DNA of 24,000 bases from Deltaproteobacteria bacterium. Its GTDB lineage: Bacteria > Desulfobacterota > Syntrophorhabdia > Syntrophorhabdales > Syntrophorhabdaceae. The notes under the pieces are model-generated. The model ran no database searches and was not told the DNA's origin. It saw only the letters and a program-made list of their open reading frames with translations. Every line of letters begins with the position of its first letter. Within the stretch, counting starts at the first letter, position 1. The stretch covers positions 1,814 to 25,813 of the forward strand of contig JAKORG010000039.1 of the NCBI GenBank assembly GCA_029777945.1. The letters run 5' to 3'. Below are positions 16,070 through 23,497 of the stretch, in pieces. Both the position numbers and the translations under genes were made by a program.

Positions 16070-16738
16070 TTACAAAACTTTATGGGATTGCAATAAGTTA
16101 TCCACAATTGGCAGCATGCCCCTTATATCATCCACAATAAAATGGGCACCCACATCCTCAAAGGCATGCCTTTTTGTCCTTCCCGACAGGACACCCACTG
16201 TTATAACCCCTGCCCTTAGACCTGCCATAACATCAGTGGGATGGTCACCGGCAAGGATGGCATTTTCTGGTCTAATGGACATGGTCTCCAATACATGAAA
16301 GACATGTCTGGGGTCTGGTTTTACAAATTTTATATGTTCCCTTGTGGAAATACCGTTAATAAATTTATCCATGTCTGGGAATACTTTATTAAGGACAGGC
16401 ATACAAGTCCTTGTTATAATACCTAATTTCATGCCCCTATGCCTTAGACCGCCAAGGACATCCCTTGTGTATGGAAATAAATCTTTTCCATTTGCAGCTT
16501 CAACCTCAAGTGACTCGAGCCTCCTAAATGCCTCCTTAGAAAATGCCGCACCCTTTATACCCAAGAGCTTTTCAATCTCGTATATCATCTCGATTATATA
16601 AAGGTTGTTAAGATGCCCTATCTTTTCTATGTCTATGAATCTCTCTGCAACCCTTAATATCTCTTCTCTTATTAATTGGAAATCAAGGGTCAACTCTGTG
16701 AGGGTTCCGTCAAAATCAAAAACTAAACCTTGAACCAT
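16070..16738 (-). CDS. HAD-superfamily phosphatase (phosphoglycolate-phosphatase-like, subfamily IA)
   Basis: Motif I FDFDGTL, motif II ITRT, motif III K (KFVKPDP) and motif IV GDHPTDVMAG. I prefer ATG 16738 (MVQGLVFDFDGT). The track start TTG 16777 sits 2 nt after the serA terminator U-tract. Confidence 0.75.
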   Translation of the reverse strand: MVQGLVFDFDGTLTELTLDFQLIREEILRVAERFIDIEKIGHLNNLYIIEMIYEIEKLLGIKGAAFSKEAFRRLESLEVEAANGKDLFPYTRDVLGGLRHRGMKLGIITRTCMPVLNKVFPDMDKFINGISTREHIKFVKPDPRHVFHVLETMSIRPENAILAGDHPTDVMAGLRAGVITVGVLSGRTKRHAFEDVGAHFIVDDIRGMLPIVDNLLQSHKVL

Positions 16739-16779
16739 TGAATTGGCAAATATTATTGGTCTATATTTTAATATCAAGT

Positions 16780-16820
16780 AAAAAAATTAAGCGGAAGTCC
16801 TCATAAGGGCTTCCGCTTAA
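16780..16820 (-). terminator. Rho-independent terminator downstream of serA
   Basis: Minus-strand reading: TTAAGCGGAAG-CCCTTATGAGGA-CTTCCGCTTAA followed directly by TTTTTTT. The stem is 11 bp and extendable by two C-G pairs. It begins 7 nt after the serA stop. Confidence 0.75.
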
Positions 16821-16826
16821 TGCTTA

Positions 16827-18410
16827 CTATTTTCCAAGCTCTATTTTCTTTACACTAACTACATTTGGCAGGGACTGAATTTCCCTTATTACATTGTCTT
16901 CCACATCTTTATCGAGGTCAAGTAATGAAATAGCCATGCCACCTATACTCTCCCTCCCAAAGTGCATGCCACCTATATTTATACCCCTGATGAAGAATAC
17001 ATTCCCTATACTTGCAATCACGCCTGGTTTATCATAGTTATAAATTAGAAGCATGTTTCCCTTTAAATCCGCCTCGAGGTAAATATTATTTATTTTTATT
17101 AGTCTTGGTTCTTTTTTACCAAATAATGTGCCTTCTACCAAATTTTGGTTCTTTTCGCCTTTAACAGTAATTGTTATAAGGGAAGTAAAATCTTCTGATT
17201 CTTTAGTCTTGATTTCTTTTACCTTTATGTCTCTGCTTTTTGCCACAATAGGTGCATTTACATAGTTTACGCCTTCAAGTTGCTGTGTAAGGATATTTTT
17301 CAATATCCCCTGGGTAAGGACCTTTGTGTCAAACTGAGACACATCACCCAAATACTGGATTTCTATGGCCTTTATGGGAAAATCTGTAATAGATGCAACA
17401 ACAGAAGCAAGGTTTTCAGAAAGTTTTAAGTATGGGCCAATCTGTTTTGCCATCTCAAGGGAAATAGATGGTGCATTGACACTGTTTTTTATAACCCCGT
17501 ATTTAAAGAAATCCACAACCTGATGGGCAATATCTATGGCTACCTTATCCTGGGCCTCTTGCGTTGATGCCCCAAGGTGAGGTGTACAAATCGTTTTATC
17601 CGATAATACAAGGGGATTATCAGGTGGTGGTGGCTCCTGTTCAAATACATCAAGGGCAGCACATGCCACATGGCCTCTCTCCAGCGCCTCTAAAAGGTCT
17701 TTTTCATTTACAATAGGGCCTCTTGCCACATTAATGATGATTACGCCCTTTTTCATTTTTGCTATGGCATCCTTGTTTATGAGATTCCTCGTGTCTTTAA
17801 CGAGCGGAACGTGTATTGCAATAAAATCACTCTCTTTAAGGAGTGTATCAAAGTCAACAAGCTCAATCCCTTTACTTTCTGCAAATTCTTTTGACACATA
17901 GATGTCATAAGCAATAACCCTCATACCAAGGGCAAGGGCCTTTTCAGCAACAAGACTGCCTATATTCCCTATGCCGATTACACCCAATGTTTTTCCGTAA
18001 ATTTCAATACCCATTAATGCCTTTTTCTCCCATTTACCCTGTTTCATGGTTCTGTCGGCCAGGGCAATCTTTCTTGCCGCTGCAAACATAAGGGCTATGA
18101 AGTGTTCAGCAGCGGCAAGGGCATTACCTTGAGGTGTATTCATAACGATAATACCTTTTTCTATTGCTGCTGCCACATCCACATTGTCCACACCAATACC
18201 TGCCCTTCCTATAACCTTTAATTTATCTGCCTTTTCTATAATCTCTCTTGTTGCTTTTGTAGCACTTCTGACTATGAGGGCATCGTATCCCCCGATAATC
18301 TCTTTTAATTCTTCTGCCTTTAAACCTACCCTAACATCTACTTCGAGATTGTTAGATTTAAGTATCTCCAAGGCTTTCTCGGACAGTTGATCTGCAATGA
18401 GAACTTTCAT
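16827..18410 (-). CDS. serA: D-3-phosphoglycerate dehydrogenase, long form with ASB and ACT domains
   Basis: 527 aa. NAD-binding [13 protein letters not shown], catalytic NVARG and TPHLGAST, and a C-terminal ACT-like [16 protein letters not shown]. Confidence 0.95.
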   Translation of the reverse strand: MKVLIADQLSEKALEILKSNNLEVDVRVGLKAEELKEIIGGYDALIVRSATKATREIIEKADKLKVIGRAGIGVDNVDVAAAIEKGIIVMNTPQGNALAAAEHFIALMFAAARKIALADRTMKQGKWEKKALMGIEIYGKTLGVIGIGNIGSLVAEKALALGMRVIAYDIYVSKEFAESKGIELVDFDTLLKESDFIAIHVPLVKDTRNLINKDAIAKMKKGVIIINVARGPIVNEKDLLEALERGHVACAALDVFEQEPPPPDNPLVLSDKTICTPHLGASTQEAQDKVAIDIAHQVVDFFKYGVIKNSVNAPSISLEMAKQIGPYLKLSENLASVVASITDFPIKAIEIQYLGDVSQFDTKVLTQGILKNILTQQLEGVNYVNAPIVAKSRDIKVKEIKTKESEDFTSLITITVKGEKNQNLVEGTLFGKKEPRLIKINNIYLEADLKGNMLLIYNYDKPGVIASIGNVFFIRGINIGGMHFGRESIGGMAISLLDLDKDVEDNVIREIQSLPNVVSVKKIELGK

Positions 18411-18447
18411 CTTTCTCTCCTTTTTTATGTCCCTTTTAACATCATTT

Positions 18448-19587
18448 TTATAAATCCTTTAGGCAATCTACAGCCTTTGCTACACCTGTTCCGATTTGGA
18501 ATTTATAACCAAGGTCTCTTAAGGTAAATTCAAGGGCAGCAATGGCTGTTATCACATCGTATTTATCTGCATAACCAAGGGTGGCAATCCTGAAAATCTT
18601 TCCCTTTAACTGATCCTGTCCACCGGCACCGGTTACACCGTATTTTTTCCACATGGTTTTATAAATGGCTTGGCCGTCAATGCCATCAGAGGCTACTATG
18701 GCAGTAACCGCCGGACTTGGAGTTTTAGCAAAAATTTTCAGCCCTAAGGCCTTTGCCGCCTCCCTTATAGCATAGGAAAGTATTTCAAATTTTTTATAGA
18801 TATTTTCAAGTCCTTCTGCCTTTATCATCCTCAATGATTCCCTGAGCCCTACGATAAGGGATATGGCAGGTGTAAAATTTGTCTGATTTTTCTGAAGATT
18901 TGTAAGCTCTTTCTGCCAGTTGAAATAAAATTTTGGTATTTTTGAGGTTTTATTGAACTCCCATGCCTTATTACTTACCCCGGCAAATGCAAGCCCTGGC
19001 GGTAACATAAGCGCCTTTTGAGAACCCCCCACAAGTATGTCTATGCCCCATTCATCCATGGGTAACTCAAAAACACCTACACCTGTAATACCGTCGACAA
19101 CAAGGATTGTATCTGAATAATTTTTTACTATGTTAGCAACATCTTTCACAGGAAATCTTACACCTGTTGATGTTTCTGTGGCCTGCATATAAACGGCCTT
19201 TATGCCAGAGTTCTCTTTTAAAGCCTTTTCAATAAGGCCAGGATCAAGGTCATCCCCCCAAGGCAAGTCTATGTTTACTGTTTCAACACCATAGGCCTTA
19301 CAAATATTTGCCCATCTCTCACCGAATTTTCCGCTTCTTACACATACTGCCTTATCGCCAGGTGAGAGCATATTCGTCACTGCACCTTCCATTGCCCCTG
19401 TGCCAGATGAGGCAAATATGAGCACCTCGTTTTTTGTGCCGAATAAATATTTTAGGTTTTCCCTTACCTCCTCTAATACTTCTTCAAAAAGAGGGTTTCT
19501 GTGGTGTATAATGGGTTCGGCCATCTTTAAAAGGACTTCCGGTGGTATTGCTGTTGGTCCCGGTGCAAGTAAATATCTTTTTTGCAT
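18448..19587 (-). CDS. Class V aminotransferase of the alanine/serine-glyoxylate (AGXT) subfamily; candidate phosphoserine aminotransferase
   Basis: 379 aa. LLAPGPTAIPPEVL, SSGTGAMEGAV, ETSTGV, DGITGVG, and GGSQKALMLPPGL (PLP lysine). TAAGGAGG SD. serA lies 37 nt downstream. Confidence 0.85.
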   Translation of the reverse strand: MQKRYLLAPGPTAIPPEVLLKMAEPIIHHRNPLFEEVLEEVRENLKYLFGTKNEVLIFASSGTGAMEGAVTNMLSPGDKAVCVRSGKFGERWANICKAYGVETVNIDLPWGDDLDPGLIEKALKENSGIKAVYMQATETSTGVRFPVKDVANIVKNYSDTILVVDGITGVGVFELPMDEWGIDILVGGSQKALMLPPGLAFAGVSNKAWEFNKTSKIPKFYFNWQKELTNLQKNQTNFTPAISLIVGLRESLRMIKAEGLENIYKKFEILSYAIREAAKALGLKIFAKTPSPAVTAIVASDGIDGQAIYKTMWKKYGVTGAGGQDQLKGKIFRIATLGYADKYDVITAIAALEFTLRDLGYKFQIGTGVAKAVDCLKDL

Positions 19588-19741
19588 TGTCTACCTCCTT
19601 AAAATTAAGTCTTAATTTCTACCAAAAACATTAAAAAAAGACAAGAAAAATAATCATTTAGAAAATTTAATAAATTTTTTTATTGACATTCCTTTTATAT
19701 TCGTTTAGGAAATCTAAAAAAACTAAAAGAGGAGGATGACT

Positions 19742-19915
19742 ATGCCTGCAAAAGTTGATGAAGAAGCCTGCACAGGATGCGGAGCATGCGCAGAAGTATG
19801 TCCAGCCGATGCAATTACCGTAGATGATACGGCAAAGGTTGACCCTGAGCTCTGCACTGAATGCGGGGCATGCACAGAGGAATGCCCGGTAGAGGCAATC
19901 ACTCTAGAGGAGTAA
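19742..19915 (+). CDS. 2x[4Fe-4S] ferredoxin (57 aa)
   Basis: Absent from the ORF track, probably because it is under 60 aa. My translation is [57 protein letters not shown]. It has two CxxCxxCxxxCP motifs, AGAGGAGG SD 6 nt upstream and a strong terminator 16 nt downstream. An in-frame ATG at 19736 is a less likely start. Confidence 0.85.
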   Translation: MPAKVDEEACTGCGACAEVCPADAITVDDTAKVDPELCTECGACTEECPVEAITLEE

Positions 19916-19930
19916 CACACCTCAAAATAT

Positions 19931-19957
19931 AAAAGGATGGGCAATGCCCATCCTTTT
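19931..19957. terminator. Bidirectional Rho-independent terminator shared by the ferredoxin gene and the convergent Fe-S oxidoreductase gene
   Basis: AAAAGGATGGGCA-A-TGCCCATCCTTTT has a GC-rich stem (GGATGGG/CCCATCC). It is flanked by an A-run on one side and a T-run on the other, so each strand sees a hairpin plus U-tract. Confidence 0.8.
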
Positions 19958-19987
19958 ATACTCTTATAGCAAATTCCTTTTAAATAA

Positions 19988-21985
19988 TTAAATACCCTTT
20001 ACAACAATCTCAGATAGATCAAGGGCCTTCATTGTCTCTGTCTTTTCCTTATCTTTAATGGCATCTTCCATCATAATTAGACAATATGGACATGCTGTTA
20101 CAACGGTATTGGCATTGATCGCTATTGCCTCGTCTATACGGGCATGGTTAATCCTCTTGTGATGCTCTTCCATCCAGATTCTACCACCACCACCACCACA
20201 GCAAAAACTCCTATCATGATTTCTTTCCATCTCAATAAATGTCCCTTGCTTTGTCTTTGCAATAACATTCCTCGGCTCATCAAAAATACGGTTAACTCTA
20301 CCGAGATAGCATGGGTCATGGAAGGTTATTGTGCCTTCAATGGCAGGATTAATCTTGAGCTTACCTTCCTTTATGAGTTTCCAGATAATTTCTGACTGAT
20401 GGTAAACCTCAAAATCACCACCTATCTGCGGATATTCGTTCTTCAATGTATGGTAACAGTGAGGGCATGTTGTAATTATCTTCTTTATGCCCAATTCTTT
20501 TAATAATTCAACATTCCCCTGGGCTATACCAAGATACAGGTCTTCATTTCCACATCTTCTTGCAGGGTCACCACAACATGTCTCTTCCTGCCCAAGTATA
20601 CCAAAAGATACGCCTGCAGCGGTCAGTATCTTTGAAAATGCCTTTGCAACCTTTCTGTTTCTGTCATCAAGGGATGCAACACAGCCAACCCAGTATAGAT
20701 ATTCTATTTCCTCTTCCCCTGCCATCTTTATATCAAGACCTTCTATCCACTCTGTTCTCTGTCTCTTGCCCATTCCGTATGGATCTACCTTCTGCTGGAG
20801 ATTCTTAAAGAGGAGTCTTGTCTCAGAAGTAGTCTTACTTAGTGTAAGGATAAGATACCTTCTCAACTCAATGTTCTTATCAAAGGTAGGGATCGATACT
20901 GGACAGTTTACCTGACAGGCAAGACAGGCTGTGCATGACCATATTGTCTCTTCCTGAATTACATTGTCTATTAACCCATCTTCTGTCTTTTTGCCCTGGG
21001 CTGCCCTTTCCCACTCTGCCTTTAAATCCTGAATAAACTGTTTAGGCGATAAGGGTTTTTCAGTGTTATAGGCCGGACAAAGATCCTGACACCTACCGCA
21101 CCTTGTGCATGCATCCAAATCAAATATCTGTCTCCATGTAAAGCCATCTATTGAATTTACCCCGAATTCTTCAGCATTCTCGAAATCCTCAATAGGTGCA
21201 ATGGCACCTCTTGGTGTGTCCTCAACACCCCTAAACATCATATTAAGGGATGATGTGATGATATGGAGCAGTCTCTTCGAATATGCGATGTATGCAATCA
21301 AACCAAATGAAAGAAGCATATGGAGATACCACATCACAGCATGGGGTATATAGGTTGAGCCTTTCTCTGCAGCAGGGAATATGGAAGACAGTGTCCAGCC
21401 TACAAAACTCCAGACCTCATAGGGTTTGGGGTCTGCCGCAATCCTTGCAGCTTCTACTAAAAATCCTGTAATAAGCACAACGAGAATCCATAGTAGCACA
21501 AGCAAATCATCGGGCTTATTGTCAAGTCTTGTGGGCTTAACAATATATCTACGATATATTGCCATAAGAATGCCGATTATGGCAGCCAAACCCGCCAGAT
21601 CAGTAAGAAATGAAAATATGAGATAAAAATCACCTTTTATAAACTCAACACCGAATATGAGCCTTATCACATCATCCTGAATTGCAACGAGGGCTGTGGC
21701 TATGGCAAGAATGAGAAATCCCCAAAATATAAAAAAGTGCATCCAGCCGGGAAATGCCTCTCTTAAGATAGATTTGTGGAAGATCCCGTTTGTAATAAAG
21801 TAGCTTATCCTTTCACCGAGCCTGTCTTTAAAATTAAAAGACGTCGGTTTTCCAATCTTCCACATGGCATATCTTTTCTTGATACCGCAAATGAGCACGA
21901 TGAATGTAATGACCATGAGGGCATAAGTAATCCATCGCGCCCCTCCTCCGACATTCCAGAAAATCTCCCTTCCGATATGGTCCAT
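19988..21985 (-). CDS. Membrane-bound Fe-S oxidoreductase: NarI/DsrM-like cytochrome-b-type membrane domain fused to an HdrD/DsrK/GlpC-like domain
   Basis: 665 aa. The N-terminal ~250 aa contain 5-6 TM helices with conserved His (WMHFFIFWG, PHAVMWYLHML). Two ferredoxin motifs follow (CTRCGRCQDLCP, CTACLACQVNCP), then two CCG-type cysteine-rich motifs (ETCCGDP...CPHC, SFCCGGGGG...CPYC). AGGAGG SD. Confidence 0.8.
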   Translation of the reverse strand: MDHIGREIFWNVGGGARWITYALMVITFIVLICGIKKRYAMWKIGKPTSFNFKDRLGERISYFITNGIFHKSILREAFPGWMHFFIFWGFLILAIATALVAIQDDVIRLIFGVEFIKGDFYLIFSFLTDLAGLAAIIGILMAIYRRYIVKPTRLDNKPDDLLVLLWILVVLITGFLVEAARIAADPKPYEVWSFVGWTLSSIFPAAEKGSTYIPHAVMWYLHMLLSFGLIAYIAYSKRLLHIITSSLNMMFRGVEDTPRGAIAPIEDFENAEEFGVNSIDGFTWRQIFDLDACTRCGRCQDLCPAYNTEKPLSPKQFIQDLKAEWERAAQGKKTEDGLIDNVIQEETIWSCTACLACQVNCPVSIPTFDKNIELRRYLILTLSKTTSETRLLFKNLQQKVDPYGMGKRQRTEWIEGLDIKMAGEEEIEYLYWVGCVASLDDRNRKVAKAFSKILTAAGVSFGILGQEETCCGDPARRCGNEDLYLGIAQGNVELLKELGIKKIITTCPHCYHTLKNEYPQIGGDFEVYHQSEIIWKLIKEGKLKINPAIEGTITFHDPCYLGRVNRIFDEPRNVIAKTKQGTFIEMERNHDRSFCCGGGGGRIWMEEHHKRINHARIDEAIAINANTVVTACPYCLIMMEDAIKDKEKTETMKALDLSEIVVKGI

Positions 21986-22116
21986 TTCCTGCCTCCTACA
22001 TTTATTTTTTATCCTTTTAATTTGTGATAATTTTCATAAGCAATATAAAATCAAAAGCTATATAAAATCAATAAAAAATTAGTCCTTTTACATAAAATAA
22101 ACAAAAAAAGTTTATC

Positions 22117-22146
22117 TTGACAAAGGAAAAGGGGAACTGTTATAAA
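22117..22146 (+). promoter_or_regulatory. Sigma70-type promoter of tRNA-Val (TTGACA-N18-TATAAA)
   Basis: Consensus -35 TTGACA at 22117-22122 and -10 TATAAA at 22141-22146. The mature tRNA 5' end lies 12 nt downstream of the -10 element. Confidence 0.55.
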
Positions 22147-22157
22147 AACATAAGATT

Positions 22158-22232
22158 AGGCGCGTAGCTCAGTGGGAGAGCGCTACCTTGACGCGGTAGA
22201 GGCCACGGGTTCAATACCCGTCGCGCCTACCA
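22158..22232 (+). tRNA. tRNA-Val (anticodon GAC), CCA end encoded
   Basis: Hand-folded cloverleaf: acceptor AGGCGCG/CGCGCCU, D arm GCUC-AGUGGGA-GAGC, anticodon arm CUACC-UUGACGC-GGUAG, variable loop AGGCC, T arm ACGGG-UUCAAUA-CCCGU, discriminator A plus CCA. Total 75 nt. Confidence 0.95.
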
Positions 22233-22295
22233 TATTAATCAAAATTTCGAGTATGACTTAATACAATCACATTCTTTTAAAACGGGGCTTGCCTA

Positions 22296-22625
22296 ATGAA
22301 GACCATAACACTTCTCACAATATCCAATATCTTTATGACCTTTGCATGGTATGGACATCTAAAATTTAAAGAAACACCGCTATGGAAGGTTATTTTTTTA
22401 AGCTGGCTCATAGCCTTTGCAGAATACTGTTTTCAGGTGCCTGCCAATAGGATTGGCCATAAAGTCTTTTCTGCTGCCCAGCTAAAGGTTATCCAAGAGG
22501 TCATAACCTTGGTCGTCTTTGCCATTTTTTCCATCTATTACCTAAAAGAAGGGATACGCTGGAATTACATAGTGGCATTCATCCTCATTGCCAGCGCCAC
22601 ATTTTTTATGTTCCATAAATGGTAA
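22296..22625 (+). CDS. DMT-superfamily small membrane protein (DUF486 family)
   Basis: 109 aa with 4 TM helices. The N-terminal ISNIFMTFAWYGHLKF motif is typical of DUF486. Confidence 0.75.
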   Translation: MKTITLLTISNIFMTFAWYGHLKFKETPLWKVIFLSWLIAFAEYCFQVPANRIGHKVFSAAQLKVIQEVITLVVFAIFSIYYLKEGIRWNYIVAFILIASATFFMFHKW

Positions 22626-22671
22626 ACATGAAAGAATTTATAACACATAAAGATAATCTTCTTAATACTTT

Positions 22672-23409
22672 ATGAAAAAAGATGAAACATTTGAAAATTA
22701 TTCAGGATTTAAGGATATAATCGAGATTGCCCATCTTTTAAATTTGACTGCAACCCCGGAAAAAATAGTTGAAACCGTTGTTAACAGTCTATGCACAAGG
22801 CTGGGAAAAAGGGCAAGATGCGCATTTTTAGAAGGAGAAGACCTTACATTAAAATATTGGGCAGGCCACCATTCATGCCCTATAAACGGTATACGGATAA
22901 ATCAAAAAAGTATCATATGGGAGGCTGTAAAAAAAGATGAACCTATAAACATAACAGACTCTTCTCAGTCTAATGGGTTTGTCCATACCCTTGAAGTACC
23001 TGTAAACATAAAGGCCATAATCCCTTTAAGCTATGTTGACCCAATTACTAACAAAGAAAACAAAATAGGGGCATTGATTGTGGATTCAGGCATTGAAGAG
23101 ATCCCCATATCAAAGGAAGAGTTCGAATATTTACAGTTAATCGGTCATCTTTTAAGCGCAATCATTGGCAGGGCGCATCTAATAAAAGGGCTTATGACAT
23201 CGTGTCAGTGGCAGGAAAAGATTTTACTGGAAACAGCCCACAATTTCAGAAACAGGATCGTTGTAATCGGGGGCATGGCAAGAAGAATTGCAAAACTGGC
23301 AAAAGACCCAGAACTTATGGAAAAGGCCATGCAATTGCTCAAAGAGGTGGAAGCCCTTGAAAAACACTTAGAAGTATTTGAAAGCTATACTGTCAAAAAA
23401 GAAGAATAA
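22672..23409 (+). CDS. GAF-like sensory domain protein with a C-terminal HisKA-like (DHp) helical hairpin and no ATPase domain
   Basis: 245 aa. The N-terminal ~165 aa have a GAF-like pattern (IIEIAHLLN...ALIVDS...LQLIGHLLSAII). Then comes ETAHNFRNRIVVIGGMARRI, resembling the H-box AHE(I/L)RNPLxxIxG. The protein ends about 45 aa later. No SD is visible. Confidence 0.5.
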   Translation: MKKDETFENYSGFKDIIEIAHLLNLTATPEKIVETVVNSLCTRLGKRARCAFLEGEDLTLKYWAGHHSCPINGIRINQKSIIWEAVKKDEPINITDSSQSNGFVHTLEVPVNIKAIIPLSYVDPITNKENKIGALIVDSGIEEIPISKEEFEYLQLIGHLLSAIIGRAHLIKGLMTSCQWQEKILLETAHNFRNRIVVIGGMARRIAKLAKDPELMEKAMQLLKEVEALEKHLEVFESYTVKKEE

Positions 23410-23460
23410 AACAGACATAATTCAATTAACAGTGATAAATTCTATTTTAAACCAGTTTTT

Positions 23461-23490
23461 TAAAAAAATTGAGGGGGAAACCCCCTCAAT
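23461..23490 (-). terminator. Rho-independent terminator downstream of the GAPDH gene (possibly also serving the convergent plus-strand gene)
   Basis: ATTGAGGGGG-AAA-CCCCCTCAAT is a perfect 10-bp stem. On the minus strand it is followed directly by TTTTTTT. It begins 8 nt after the GAPDH stop. Confidence 0.8.
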
Positions 23491-23497
23491 TAATGGA

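Noticed and set aside
16739-16777. 13-codon N-terminal extension of the HAD phosphatase (TTG 16777)
   Set aside because: The TTG lies 2 nt after the serA terminator U-tract with no RBS. ATG 16738 places the DxDGT motif at the usual position near the N-terminus.
19723-19944. 73-aa minus-strand ORF from the track ([28 protein letters not shown]...)
   Set aside because: It is the antisense shadow of the plus-strand ferredoxin gene (19742-19915). That gene has textbook Cys motifs, an SD and a terminator. The minus ORF would run through the bidirectional terminator and has no RBS.
148-21626. Numerous plus-strand track ORFs nested in minus-strand genes (e.g. 148..339, 224..493, 750..971, 1398..2156, 3732..4123, 5267..5716, 7217..7504, 14388..15924, 16116..16601, 18184..18390, 20144..21626)
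   Set aside because: All lie antisense to CDSs with clear family motifs. Their Ser/Phe/Leu/Ile-rich low-complexity products lack recognisable domains or RBSs.
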